A DNA stretch of 54,824 bases, counting the filler, from Dirinaria sp. TL-2023a (taxonomy: Eukaryota): the NCBI GenBank assembly GCA_051941275.1. It is 2 parts of 2 records of this genome, joined end to end, with 100 filler letters (N's around TTAATTAATTAA, not from the genome) between each part and the next. Parts side by side here need not be neighbours in the genome. Positions count along the whole stretch, not along the records: positions 1 to 27,363 come from JAVEBF010000143.1; 1 more part is not named here. One strand, written 5' to 3'. The stretch's first letter is position 1, and every line of letters begins with the position of its first letter. Positions 13,452-25,826 of the stretch are shown here, piece by piece. Below the pieces are notes generated by a model. It made no database searches. It was given only the letters and a program-made list of their open reading frames with translations, and was not told the DNA's origin. The position numbers were made by a program, and so were the translations under genes.

Positions 13452-14569
13452 GTTGGCGTTACCCCGGATTGATATATACAATTGACTCTGCGGTACTAGA
13501 GGAATATTTTCTGAGTCATGCTCTCGCGGAGCGACATGTAACCCTCGACTTGACCATAGACTTGGGACATTGGGGAAACACAGAGCAGTCACGAGAGAAG
13601 GAAGGCAAGGCGCGTTGCTCAATAGAAGGCTAAACTAGCTTCTCTAACCACCTAGGTACCTTCTAGTCGTCAATCTCGAACTAGCGACTACTAGAATACG
13701 GCCAAGGAGAGCGAGTTTCAGGCCTAGAGCAGAATACCGTCTTTCTAGAAAGCATTCTTAGGCATGGGAAGAGTACAGCGTGAAAACGGAGGTTTGAATC
13801 TTTGGGAACATTTGGCCAGGTTGGGAGACATCTCTAGCTATCGCAGTGACTGTCCAGCTCCGAGATCGGATTTTGCGTATTCTAATCATACTACCAGCGC
13901 CTTGAAATGCGGGTTGACTGTTAAAGATAATGGACCATGGCGAAATGAGACCTGGCTAGATAGCTAGGGACACAATAATTGAGAAGCTATACTTTTGCAA
14001 TGATATGAGCACCTCGAAAGAATGCCACATTATCTCTCATCAGCTTGACACAAAGCAGGTACGGAAGAAAGACAGCAATTACTTCCGTAAGTAATTCGGT
14101 AAAATATCTGGAATGGTGCTGTCTCAGTAGCACGGTCGTGAACCGACTCTGTCAAGAAAATTGTCGTGAGGCAGCAATGCAGGAAAGGCATTTCTGTTGC
14201 ATGAGACTATGAGCGTCTAACCTCCTTACTGTTGAAACCATACCCCAACTCTGGAAATTTCGACACCCATGATCAAAGCACCGTGAAAAGACTTTCGACT
14301 GATAGCCGAGTAATAGCCGAGGTGCAAGTTTGTCGTCACATGGCAACGCGCTAGATGCCGATGTTTGGCCGGCGCCGCTTTGGTCGTACTTTCTCTACCT
14401 CTTGCTACTCAGTACTAAAACGAAAGCAAACGACACCTAATCTTTGCATTGCGAAAGGCTTCTGTTCCAGAAGCATTGGTCATCCATCGGCTCTCTGGTT
14501 CGATGACCATTCGCTCCCAAGGTCAATTGAACTCTCCATTTGTCTGAGCTAGTAGCCACGAAAAGCACG

Positions 14570-16693
14570 ATGGCTGCCACTGGGCCAGCTTCGCTCTCGC
14601 CCATGAAGGGCAAACCAGACTTAGCGTTGCCAATGCCTCCTCCTCTACTACACACTCGTTCTGGTAATGAGATCTACGAGGCTCCTAGTACTCCGACAGC
14701 AGCAGGCTTTACATCACCGCACGTCACACCGCAGGGCAGCCCAAGCAAGAAGCAATTTCCGCCAGGTGCAAATGAACTTGCGGGCGCCTTCGAAAACGCT
14801 GTCAGGCTTACCCCCTCGAGCCCCACCAAGATTGACCGACAACAATTGAGTCCGCACTCGCCTAACAAGGTCGGAAGACAAGTTGTTGAGCAGAGCTTAG
14901 GTGATATCACTCGCACAGAGGTTAACACAAGTCCTGGCAAAGGCGTTAGGGTGGGGAACCAAGAGAATACACCACCAAACCTATGGCACCACAGAGAGGG
15001 AAATCACACGCCTACACAAGCTGCGCTTTCGCGTCAGGAGCCTTATCAGGCGAGAGAAGCATCGGACAAGGCCCGTTCGACTGTGTTGCGTGGTTTAACC
15101 ACCGAGGAGCTAGAAAAACTGCAATTACCCAAAGTGAAACGTCTTGCGAATGTGACACAGCTCTGTAAGACAGTAACACCGCTTGTGTTTTCAGAGCTAA
15201 TATAAGTAGATTTCCTCGATTACTACTTCGACCTTCTTAGCTACGTTCATAATCGGCAGAATCGTGAGACCGTCTTCAACACTACCATGCCTCCGCCACC
15301 AGATACACCAGCAGAAGAGTACGAAGCAGCTCGCCATAAGTACCTCGGGAGAGAGCGAGCCAATCTGCGGAAGCGCCGTACAAGACTGAGACATGGTGAT
15401 TTTCAGATCCTAACCCAAGTCGGACAAGGTGGGTACGGTCAAGTCTATCTTGCAGCAAAAAAGGACACTAGGGAAATCTGCGCGTTGAAAGTCATGAGCA
15501 AGAAGCTGCTATTCAAGCTCGACGAGATTCGACACATCTTGACAGAACGAGATATATTGACGGCTGCCAAGAGCGAATGGCTAGTAAAGCTATTGTATGC
15601 TTTCCAGGATGAGAAAAGTATCTATCTCGCCATGGAATATGTTCCCGGAGGTGACTTCCGTACCCTTCTCAACAATACCGGAGTCCTCCACAATCGCCAC
15701 TCTCGTTTCTACATCGCCGAGATGTTTTGTTGTGTCGACGCCTTGCATCAGCTCGGCTACATCCACCGCGATCTGAAACCGGAGAATTTCCTGATCGATG
15801 CTACGGGTCATGTTAAGCTCACTGATTTTGGTCTCGCAGCTGGCATGCTGTCCCCTGGCAAGATCGAATCAATGCGCGTCAAGCTCGAAGAAGTGGGGAA
15901 CATGTCCGTTCCGTTCGCCAACGGTGTGGAGCAACGCTCTGCCTCTGAACGTAGAGAAGGCTACCGAGCTTTGCGTGATCGCGAAGTCAATTACGCTAAG
16001 TCCATAGTCGGCTCGCCCGACTACATGGCTCCCGAAGTCCTCAAGGGCAGGGAATATGACTTTACAGTCGACTACTGGAGTCTTGGCTGCATGCTCTTTG
16101 AAGCTCTCGCCGGCTACCCCCCTTTCGCTGGTTCTACAGTCGATGAGACCTGGCAGAACCTGCGCCATTGGGAGGAAGTCCTCAAGAAGCCCAAGTACGA
16201 AGATCCGAACTATTTCCTCAGTCCACGCACATGGGACCTCATCACGCGCTGCGTGAACTCCAAGCAGAAGCGTTTCCGGAACATCAACGAAATCTACAAA
16301 CATGTTTACTTCGCCGAAGTCGATTGGAGCACGTTGCGGCAACAACGCGCACCCTTCGTGCCCGAGCTGGACGGAGAGACCGATGCGGGCTACTTTGATG
16401 ATTTCACAAGCGAGGCTGATATGGCTAAGTACAAGGAGGTGCATGATAAGCAGCAAGCTTTGGAGAAGATGGCGGATCGGGATGAGCAGATGGGCAAAGG
16501 CTTATTCGTTGGCTTCACGTTCCGGTAAGTACGAAGTCGCGCTCCTCATCCCACCACCTGCCAAAACGGAGAATCACTTTAGCTGACTTGTTGGAACTTC
16601 AGACACCGCAAGCCCGCCGTCGACAGCAATGGCACCCAAGGTAGTCCGCGAAAAGCAATTCCTGCAGATGGCTCTTTCGGGACCATTTTCTAG
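14570..16693 (+). CDS. dbf2: NDR/AGC Ser/Thr kinase Dbf2/Sid2 (SidB), introns 15165-15209 and about 16525-16602
   Basis: VTQLYFLDYYFDLL, GQGGYGQV, IHRDLKPENFL, TDFGLA, SIVGSPDYMAPE, LFVGFTFRH hydrophobic motif; ends SFGTIF-TAG 16691-16693. Confidence 0.93.
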
Positions 16694-17175
16694 AGCCAAA
16701 GAGCCAACAATTTGTTAACGGCCCACTCTTGAACTTTGGCAATTTTTTAGTGTCTTGTTTTCACAGTATGTACAAGTCAATTGTATGCTTGTCCATTGCT
16801 TTGTTTTTTGATGCGGCCGGCGCAGCTTCAATCGGCGGTGCTGGAGCAAATGAGGAAATAAGCGGTAATGAGTATGGCGAATTGGTGCGAAACACGAGTC
16901 GCAGGATGCGCAATGAAACAGATGAGGGCGTTTTAGCATGGCTAGAGTACCTTAGAGCTGGTTCTTGAAGGATGGTCGAATCTTGATTGCGTGTGGTCCT
17001 TAGACTGGGATATGTTTCAGGGAGATCTTCTTTGAGAGACTTGCATTGCTGTTGGCAGCCAACTTTTACAATGCTTATCGCCCCATCTCCTCTAAGTGCC
17101 CAATGAGACAATTTAACAAGCGGTCATCTATCGGCCTGTGTCATCTTTTTCCCACCCATTTAACGAACGAAAACT

Positions 17176-19008
17176 CTATTTATCCACAATGTTTCTGTCA
17201 TCTCCTTTATCTAACTCCTTGCGCAGATCATCCTTAGATTCATCAGAGATCGCTCTTTCCTGCGATACGTCTCCTGGAAGATTGATCGAGAAGAACACCA
17301 GCTCCGTCTTCCTATCTCGGTAAAATCCTCGTTTGTTTGCCTTCTGTCCTGCCAATGCCGATCCTTGTTCCTCCTCAGGAACACCCTGCAGACGTTTCAC
17401 AATCTCTTCCTGGCGCGCGAAACTAAATATACTTTTCTTTGTACTGCTTGCCTTTGGGTGCTCGATTCCATCTTCTCGATCCGTATCCTTCGCCTGCCCC
17501 TCCTCCGCTCCTTGGCTCTCTTTCTTTTTGTCTTCATTTGATTCGCTCATTTCGTCGAATTCCCAGAATTGTTTCAATTCGCCCCTTCTCAATGCAGTTC
17601 CCCAGAGGGCGACAAGCACGCCGGGAACAAGGTACAGAAGTGCGGGTTGTGCGTGCCCGAAGACTTGCATTATGCCGAGCGTTAGCAGCATTCCGACTGT
17701 GTAGCCGAGGAGGGAGGCGTGGAAGTAGGGTTTTGGGAATACTGCGCCGGTGGGTGGTAATAGTGATTGGGATGCAGAGAAAAGCCAGAACCGCGTGCCC
17801 CATGACCCGGTTGCGGCTCTGTACTCGACTTTGGTGAGCTTTTCCTCCGCTGCTGGTTGAGGATTCTCGTTATCGGATTGGGGTTCTTGGGTTGTCAAAT
17901 TGATTTTGCTGGGGCTTTCGGGTAGCGTAACGGAGGGCTTGGCCCATTTCTGCTTTCGCAGGTAGAAGAGATACAGATCGAAACGTAATGCCATTCCTAT
18001 GGCTATGCCTGGCAGCACAATGTCTCCTAAACCCAGCATTGCTAATGATCTGGCGGGATCTTGACCTGGGTCTGCAGGCCTCGGGAATAGCATTTTCGCA
18101 GGGATGTCGATCTTCGTGGCTACTGTGACCATTATCGGTGTAAAGAAGACGAAGTAGATGTCGTAGAAGAATAGAGCGCTCAGAATCATGGTTCCGGTCC
18201 AAAATGTAGACGGAGACATGTGCTGCAGCGCTGTGTAGGTGAAGCTGTAACCGAGGATGTTGGTCAGCCACCATGGTTTCGCTACAAGATTGTAGTAGAG
18301 CACGGCGGCAAGAGCGAGCACGAAGCTTGCTGAGCCATGTGGACCCAGTTGCAGGTCTGCTTCTAGGATTCGATGGATATATGCGCGGACGTGGAACCGT
18401 TTCGATGGGACTTCTCTCAGCATCCAGAGCTTTGCGGTGATGTGAGATGGAATCTTTAATTTCGAGAGGAAACCCGGCAGGGGCGACTTTCTTCTTTCAC
18501 TCGGAGTGGAGAGACTCTGTGCACATCTCTCGTTCGGCTTGATCTCCCAGACGGTTCCGTCATAGGCATATTTCGCAGGAAAAATAAATGAAGTGCCGAG
18601 CCCCATCGCATCGGTGGAAAGCCTTGCAACCGAAAAAACCCCAAACATGGAAAAATACCAGTTCAAGATTTTATTAAGGATGGCCGGATCTTCCAGCCAC
18701 TTGATTAGAAAATACAAACCGGCTAGAGTGCATCCGGCAAATAAAGGGAACATGATTGCGTCTGAGGGTGAGAGACCCTCGAGTTTCTGGCGCGACAACG
18801 AGGACTCATCCTCACCATCAGAATCCGAACCTCTTTGTTTCCGCCTTTTGGTGGGTTTGGCTGCTGAGGAAGGAATAGAAAGGGAGGCATGAGAGCTCGT
18901 ATAGATGACGAAGACAGCGGAGAAAAGGACATGAAGATATGTTGGTATAAATGGGCGAGCTCTGACGAAATGGAATGAAATGAGATCAAGAATCTGGAGG
19001 ACATCCAT
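17176..19008 (-). CDS. Signal peptide peptidase (presenilin-type aspartyl protease, peptidase A22B)
   Basis: Catalytic FFYDIYFVF and LGLGDIVLPG motifs plus QPALLYLVP; multi-TM; single 610-aa ORF. Confidence 0.95.
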   Translation of the reverse strand: MDVLQILDLISFHFVRARPFIPTYLHVLFSAVFVIYTSSHASLSIPSSAAKPTKRRKQRGSDSDGEDESSLSRQKLEGLSPSDAIMFPLFAGCTLAGLYFLIKWLEDPAILNKILNWYFSMFGVFSVARLSTDAMGLGTSFIFPAKYAYDGTVWEIKPNERCAQSLSTPSERRKSPLPGFLSKLKIPSHITAKLWMLREVPSKRFHVRAYIHRILEADLQLGPHGSASFVLALAAVLYYNLVAKPWWLTNILGYSFTYTALQHMSPSTFWTGTMILSALFFYDIYFVFFTPIMVTVATKIDIPAKMLFPRPADPGQDPARSLAMLGLGDIVLPGIAIGMALRFDLYLFYLRKQKWAKPSVTLPESPSKINLTTQEPQSDNENPQPAAEEKLTKVEYRAATGSWGTRFWLFSASQSLLPPTGAVFPKPYFHASLLGYTVGMLLTLGIMQVFGHAQPALLYLVPGVLVALWGTALRRGELKQFWEFDEMSESNEDKKKESQGAEEGQAKDTDREDGIEHPKASSTKKSIFSFARQEEIVKRLQGVPEEEQGSALAGQKANKRGFYRDRKTELVFFSINLPGDVSQERAISDESKDDLRKELDKGDDRNIVDK

Positions 19009-19387
19009 GTCGCAGGGAAGTGTCGGATTTTATGATATCGTATTATCAACGATTGGCTTGGCATATCATTCTCTACATCTGTACTTTCTTTAGCCTCATG
19101 TTAACATGTAGACAATGTGCCGTACTCGGGCATACCTCAGTAAATTCATAAATTGAGGCTTCTGATACCTTACTCCCTCAAGGTACCTTACCTACCTAGG
19201 TAAACTTACTGTAGGTAAAGTGTCGAGGGTGTCTCGTTCATCCCAAGTCGGTTGACACGGTGTTTCTTCGGCCCGCGACCAGTCAAATAGAAAATGTGAT
19301 TGTCTGTTGTTTGAACCTACCTCAGATTGTTTTCCACTTTTGCCTCTTCTCAGCACAATCTCCAAGCCTTTACAGCAATAGTCTAGC

Positions 19388-21282
19388 ATGTCTGGAATAC
19401 AAGGTAAGCCTGAAACTTCCATTCGAAGCGACTTTTGGATTCGCACCTGATACGTATCAAGTCTTCGTCAAGCATCAAGGCAAGCGTCATGAAGTGGAGC
19501 TGGATCCTACGTCCACTGGCGAGACCTTCAAGTATCAGCTTTATTCTTTAACGGGCGTCGAGCCGGAGCGGCAGAAGATCCTTGTCAAAGGTGGGCAGCT
19601 CAAGGATGAGACCGAGCTCTCAACGCTGGGCGCAAAGCCGGGGCAGACGTTCATGATGATGGGGACGGCAGCTTCAGGGCACGGTGGTGGTGATCTAGGC
19701 CGACCCAAGGAGAAGCCAAAGTTTATGGAAGACATGACCGAGGCGGAAGCTGCCAAAGCTGAAGGTGCCGTGCCGGCAGGCCTACAAAACCTAGGTAATA
19801 CCTGCTATTTGAATTCAACTCTCCAAACATTACGGTCAGTACCAGAGCTGCAAGAAGAGCTCGTCAGATACTCCGGCGGAGGAGCGTCGAACTCATCGGG
19901 CGGGCTTGATTTGAGTGGTTTCACCCTTGGATCAACCGATCTCACAGCTTCCCTGAGAGATCTTTACAAGCAGATGTCTGAAACACAGGAGGGATTCCCT
20001 CCTTTAATGTTCTTGCAGACCTTACGAACTGCTTTCCCGCAGTTCGCACAAAAGTCGAAGACGGGTCATGGATTTGCACAGCAAGATGCGGAGGAAGCCT
20101 GGTCACAGATCGTCTCTCAATTACGGCAGAAATTGAAGATCAAGGGAGTATCTACAGGCGGTGAAGGTTCATCACAACAGTCGAACGACATGTCGTTCGT
20201 TGACAAGTACCTTGCTGGTCGGTTCGAGTCCAGTCTTGAGTGCGACGAACCTGCAGCGAGGGAGGCTGGCGAGGAGCCTATCCTGAGCGAAGACGTTTTC
20301 TTGAAATTAGATTGCCATATCAATAAAGATACAAACCATCTGAGGGACGGCATCATGGCTGGCTTGGAAGAAAAGATCGAGAAGAAGTCTTCTGTACTTG
20401 ATCGCGACGCTATGTACACGAAGAAATCACGAGTTGCCCGCTTGCCCAAGTATCTCACGGTACACTTCGTCCGCTTTTTCTGGAAACGAGAGGCACAAAA
20501 GAAAGCAAAGATTATGCGCAAGGTGACATTTCCCGCCGAGATTGATGTGGTGGAATTCTGCACGGAGAAGTTAAGAAAACAATTAGCGCCAGTCCGAGAC
20601 AAGGTACGAGAAATCCGTAAAGATGAGGAGGACGTCTCCCGCGCTCGAAAGAGACAAAAGATGGCCCACAAGCAAGAAGAGGACCGAGAACACGATCGAC
20701 AGACGCAAGAGGAAGACAGTAAACAACAGGGCGAGCGAGAGCTCAAAGCAACAGGGCCTGCTGATGAGAAGGCATTAGCAAAGGATAAAGCCGCGGAGGG
20801 CAAAGGCGAAGAGACGGAGATGAAGGATGCTGTATACAAAACAGATGCCGAGTATGATGCCGAGCGAGCAGCAAGCATCTTAGTAGCCAAGAAAGAGCTG
20901 TACGCCCTGATAGATCCGGAACTCGCAAAGGATGAGGGCTCGAACAAGTCGGGTCTCTACGAACTTCGGGGAGTAGTGACCCATCAAGGTGCGAGTGCTG
21001 ATAGCGGACACTACACATCATATGTCAAAAAGCAGGGCGCCATGGACCCAAATACAGGGAAGAGGAAGGCGGAGGATGGTAAGTGGTGGTGGTTCAACGA
21101 CGACAAAGTATCCGAGGTCGATGCTGAAAAGATCGAAACACTCTCTGGCGGTGGTAAGCTTCATGGTTTCTTCAACCCCCTCCACTCACACCCGGCTGAC
21201 TCGGGCTGCAGGCGAGAGTCACTCCGCACTGATCCTTCTGTATCGCGCTATCGAATTGCCTACAGCCGAGGAGATTAAGTAA
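19388..21282 (+). CDS. UBP6: Proteasome-associated deubiquitinase Ubp6/USP14; introns 19404-19461 and about 21154-21210
   Basis: N-terminal UBL (QLYSLTGVEPERQKILVKGGQLKD), Cys box GLQNLGNTCYLNS, QQDAEE, His box THQGASADSGHY, C-terminal GGESHSALILLYR. Confidence 0.95.
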
Positions 21283-22224
21283 TGAGAATAATCAGCCGGT
21301 TGCATGGAGGCGCTGAGCCTGTGGATGGAAGGGTGCTTGCATAGCGGTTGTTTGCTTGTATGAAGCTCTCTATAACCCGAACAAGGTTACATGCATGTCA
21401 TCCATCAGCCACCCAGAACATAGATCAGTTGAATGCATACGTCCCGTTCCGAACCTTTTTTATTGCTTCGACTGTGTGTGCTAAGGGTTCGGAAGTTGGA
21501 CTGATGAGGAAGGCTTTCTCCGAGATCACCTGAGGTGAGTCGCACCACTCCTGTAAACCCCAAGCGCTCAAATAGCCCAGCAGCACACGGCCTCGTATGC
21601 GGAGAATGACATCGAGTGCGACAGCATTGAATTGCGGAGGTTTTTGCCGCTGTAGCTCATTGGAGCTTCATCCAATTCGACGCCTCACGCGATTACATTA
21701 TGTAAGGGATTTTAAAAGATACCTAAGTCTTGAGTAGTTGGTTAAAGACTGTGTGAGAGGCCTCGGAGCTCTTGCGAGGTTGGTACCTTAATGCTTGAGG
21801 TAAGGTAAGTATTCTTGGCGTGCGAATATGTAAAGTATGACTGGGTGCTTTAAGGTATCTTACGATACCTCTAGGTAATCCTCTCGTTATCTCAGTACAG
21901 CGCGAACATGCTTCCATTCGAACACTACTAGTAACCTGATGAACTACTACAATAATCGCCACAACCAGGACTGATTGACGGTCGAAGCCCGAAGGACCGA
22001 AAGTCAAAAGGAAGATGCCCAACCAGCCGAGGCCGAGAGGCTAAGATGCGTAAGTTAAGTACATAGTTTGGCACCGCAACGTCCCAGCTGGCGTAGCATC
22101 CGCAATATCCCAATTACGAAGCGGGCCGTCGCAGTACTCCGTAAATCTTCCCGCCTCGTGGATTTGCTGTCGCAAGATCCTGTTGGAGCTACGTCGGATT
22201 TTTACCTCGCCTACTCCAATCCTC

Positions 22225-22292
22225 ACTTCTACAACTACTCTTACGATTACTACTCCTACTACTACTGTTACTACCACTGCTGCTGCTCCTAC
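22225..22292. repeat. Degenerate (TAC)n/(TGC)n trinucleotide low-complexity tract
   Basis: ttctacaactactcttacgattactactcctactactactgttactaccactgctgctgct. Confidence 0.7.
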
Positions 22293-25200
22293 GTAAGAAT
22301 AATACCTGCCGTTGCGACCGTGCTGTCTGCAGCTCATCGCCTTTTCATCTAGTGTGTCCTGTGCGCGCATACTCGCATCGATGATCTGGCGCTCTACCTC
22401 CGTACTGGTTCTTGCCTTCTCATGGCCCTCGCAGTGACTAAAAGTTAGGGAGAATTTAGCGCAGTACCAGCTGTCTCGCGAGTCGTGAAAGGCTCATGGA
22501 CTCATGGAGCCAGGGGCAAATGATATATCAATTCTGTCGTTGGATGCGAAGAAGGCTAGTCAGGCTGACAAGTTGCGAAACAGCGAATCAATGGGCAGGC
22601 ATAGCTGATAGATCAGCAGCGCTACTGTGAATCTGTGATGGCAGAGTGTATGCAACCCCTGCGGTCGAGTAAAACCATTAATTTCTTTCTGTCGGGCTCT
22701 GACGGCTCTAAATGTTCTGGCAGAGAGGCGGAGTCTAAGACTTAGCTTCGCATACGCTGAAGGTCATCTGATCAGGAATTAGGTACGCTCCTCGTACCGT
22801 ATGCTTGGCGGTATCAATCATACCGGAAGCAGGGCTAAAGCAGCGACGCCGGTGAGTGCCGAGGCCCAATAAATGCTCACCTCACACACTAGTACTCATA
22901 TATACGGTATGCATCCCTGACTATCACCACATTGGCGAATGTTGAGCCTGGGTTACGATGGTCTGTCACACGCTCTACTCTTTGGTCAGTGTGGTTGGTC
23001 TCTAGGCTCAGATCGACGCTCAGGGCCCTACCGAGATGAAATACAAACAATATCATCATCATCTAGCTCTCGCGTCTTTCATCGCCGGTTTTCGATGGCC
23101 CTAATGCTTGGAGTCCATGAGCAACAGCTACTCTGATAGTGCAGCTGATTATTCACTATCTCATGTATGTGCATGTACGTGTATGGAAATGGAAGCGTTT
23201 TGACACCAGATCTCAATTGATGCACGGATAACGACTGTCAGATCTAAAGTATCACTTGCTCTGGGGGTAAGACTCGGGGCTTGAGTGCAGTCTCTGCACA
23301 TCCAATATGTAACCCATATTGGCTCGGAAACTGAACCCAGTACAGCGCACATGGGCTCAATCGAGTACTCGTTTCCCTTTTGTTAAAAAGCCGAAGAATG
23401 CATCGACGAAAGTCCATCCGAGCGGTCCTGCTAGTTGCGTGCTTTATGCAGTTAAATTGACGAAACACAACCTGGGTTCAAAGCGATACGATCATCTCTG
23501 AACGTCAATCATGCGCAATGCGGGGTGGGAGGACTTGGACGTACGCCAATGCAGCATCTATCGATTTTCGGTCACAAGGTCAATGACCTTATCTTGTGGA
23601 GGAGTGTGGTAACAATTGCTGGGTATTCTACAGAAGATTCTCTGTTGCTCCAAGTCTGAGAACGCACGAAGATAGAAAGATGCCCCTCTGGTCATGAGGG
23701 TGGAAAATTTGTGTAAGCCGCCACATAGGGTACTTTCGCTGGAGCCAGTAAGGTGATGTAGTTTGATTTAGGAAGCTACTTGTGAGTCCCGGATTTCTTT
23801 TCCTGGAGCGCTAGTTCCATTTTCAAATGTCAGCCTCTTCTGGTATCAGGAATCAATTTCCTCGAAGTGCTAGATAGAGTATGCCATCGAATTGAGGTTC
23901 TGGCATCGATTGCGGTGTACTTGTCAGTCCACGTTGTAACACTCAGTGGAATTACTACGTAGGGATGGCCGACTCAGCTCAAACGGCGGATCCTTAAAAG
24001 CCGGAACTAGACGAGTCTATGTGTCTCCCTACCTCATACCTCTCGCAGGGCTGCATAAGTGAAAAATAAATGCTGCCTGAGCGCAAATTATCGAGCTCAA
24101 TATATTATGAATACCCTCTTGACTCTGTCTGCCAGCTGGTGGCAAGTGTCTCGAATAAAGGACTCTGACCACCATCGCATAGATTTTACTCTCTATCCGG
24201 CCACATATTACTCGAAAGGGTCACATGAGAGAACCACAGCGGTGTGATATAGTAACAATTATGTGCATAGATGGCAAAGTGATGACCATCATTAGGCTGT
24301 GAACCGCGGACAGTCTTGCAGTGGTACGGACACGAACTGTCCGGGATCGGCACCTCATAAATTACTTGACAGCACCTCGTGGTGCTGGCCTGCAGCCCGA
24401 GTCAGCTAACCTGCGGCAGGAAAAAACCTTGTGCCGCTCACCAGCACAAAACAGTTTACACCCTTGACAGCCAGAATCCTAGATACGGTAGAGCCAGAGC
24501 CTGACAGTATCTTCCCTCATTATTCGTTGTTGGATAGTTACACACATCCACTTTATTGCATTCTTTAGCCAGTCAACGCCAGATTGGCTTGACGCTAGAG
24601 TATGTCATTCTCGGCCCAGTTGACGGATCCACAAAATCGCGCTCGTTTCAGCTGGTCAGCCATCGTTCGCTCGCGCCCATTGTGCTCAAGACTTTGCAGG
24701 ACATCGTTGTCCGCAGAGAGTATAAGCAGCGACCAGCCACGGCGTCCACTCAAAGGTGTGGATACAACACGCACAGCGGTGTCGCCGGCAGGCTCCCAGA
24801 GAGCTTTTGCTGGCTCGCAGTCTTCCCGTGTAGCTTTACCTCCAGCTGCTCATTGGCTATTGTTCACTCTTCCCGCCACGTTGGAACCGCAGTTCTGATC
24901 ATCCTCCATCATTATCGACAGGTGTTTACAAGGAGCGTGATCGACCGATTCACGAGGAGCCCGAGGCAAGCGTCAGATATTTTTGCAACGATTGTTAGAA
25001 AGTCCACGTGTTTCCTCTCGACGCTTCCAGGTAACGCTCGCGTGCCGGGTCTGGTGGGCATCGCCTCCGTACCGTTCCGTTAGTCTGGAGTAAAAGGCAG
25101 TACCTAGGGCGAGTAGTCAGGATCGGTACTGGAGTGCGAGAACGCTGCGACGGCTTGGCTCACCTAGTGAAATTGGAAAACGGCTTCCCGCCCGTCGCCC

Positions 25201-25434
25201 GTTTTACTAACGCTATCCAGGTAGGAATGGGCTCCAGTGATCCAGTCGTTCAGTTGGTTGTCGGTTGCGGCGGATTTATCGAAGCCTTTGTCATCGATAG
25301 TCCAGATACCTCGATGACTTCACTGAAGCGCAATCACATTGGACGTGGGGACCCTGCTCTGTAGCGCGGACTCTAGGCTGTATTCGAGTCAGTACATAGT
25401 ACATAGTTCGATTGAGGCATCTGACCGCGGGCTG

Positions 25435-25440
25435 CATCAT

Positions 25441-25471
<31 letters not shown>

Positions 25472-25494
25472 AGCACCACCACAATCATCATCAC
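25435..25494. repeat. Compound microsatellite (CAT)8(CAG)5(CAC)n
   Basis: catcatcatcatcatcatcatcatcagcagcagcagcagcaccaccacaatcatcatcac. Confidence 0.9.
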
Positions 25495-25782
25495 TGAGGA
25501 ATATCGAGATCGCATTTATTGGGGAAGTCAGGGATGTACCTAAGGTTGCAGGCTAACCCGTTGTCCGAAAAGGGGCATACTAGTCGACTTATTTGGGTGG
25601 GGATACCATCGTCGATCATCGCGTGGCATCTGCACCGTCCGCATGGTCCCACACCCCTTTGGGCCCTGAGGTGCCCCTGTTTTGCGTCACCGGCCCAAGC
25701 CCAACTGATCGACGCTTCCTAAGGAACTTCCCGCAACGCCCTCGTGCCTTGGGATCACGATAGTTTGGGTACCCTGGGCCGC

Positions 25783-25826
25783 GTCTCTCTCTGTCTCTGT
25801 CGCTCTCTATCTCTCTCTGCTGTCTC
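25783..25826. repeat. Imperfect (CT)n microsatellite
   Basis: gtctctctctgtctctgtcgctctctatctctctctgctgtctc. Confidence 0.75.

Noticed and set aside
19260..19387. N-terminal extension of the 672-aa UBP6 ORF
   Set aside because: The ORF caller started at a non-ATG codon and read through intron 1. The true start is ATG 19388 with intron 19404-19461.
15869..20947. Long antisense ORFs within dbf2, SPP and UBP6 (e.g. 195 aa, 276 aa)
   Set aside because: Shadow frames of well-supported genes caused by codon bias.
22041..22440. Val-rich and Tyr-rich ORFs
   Set aside because: Produced by the degenerate (TAC)n tract; no domain evidence.
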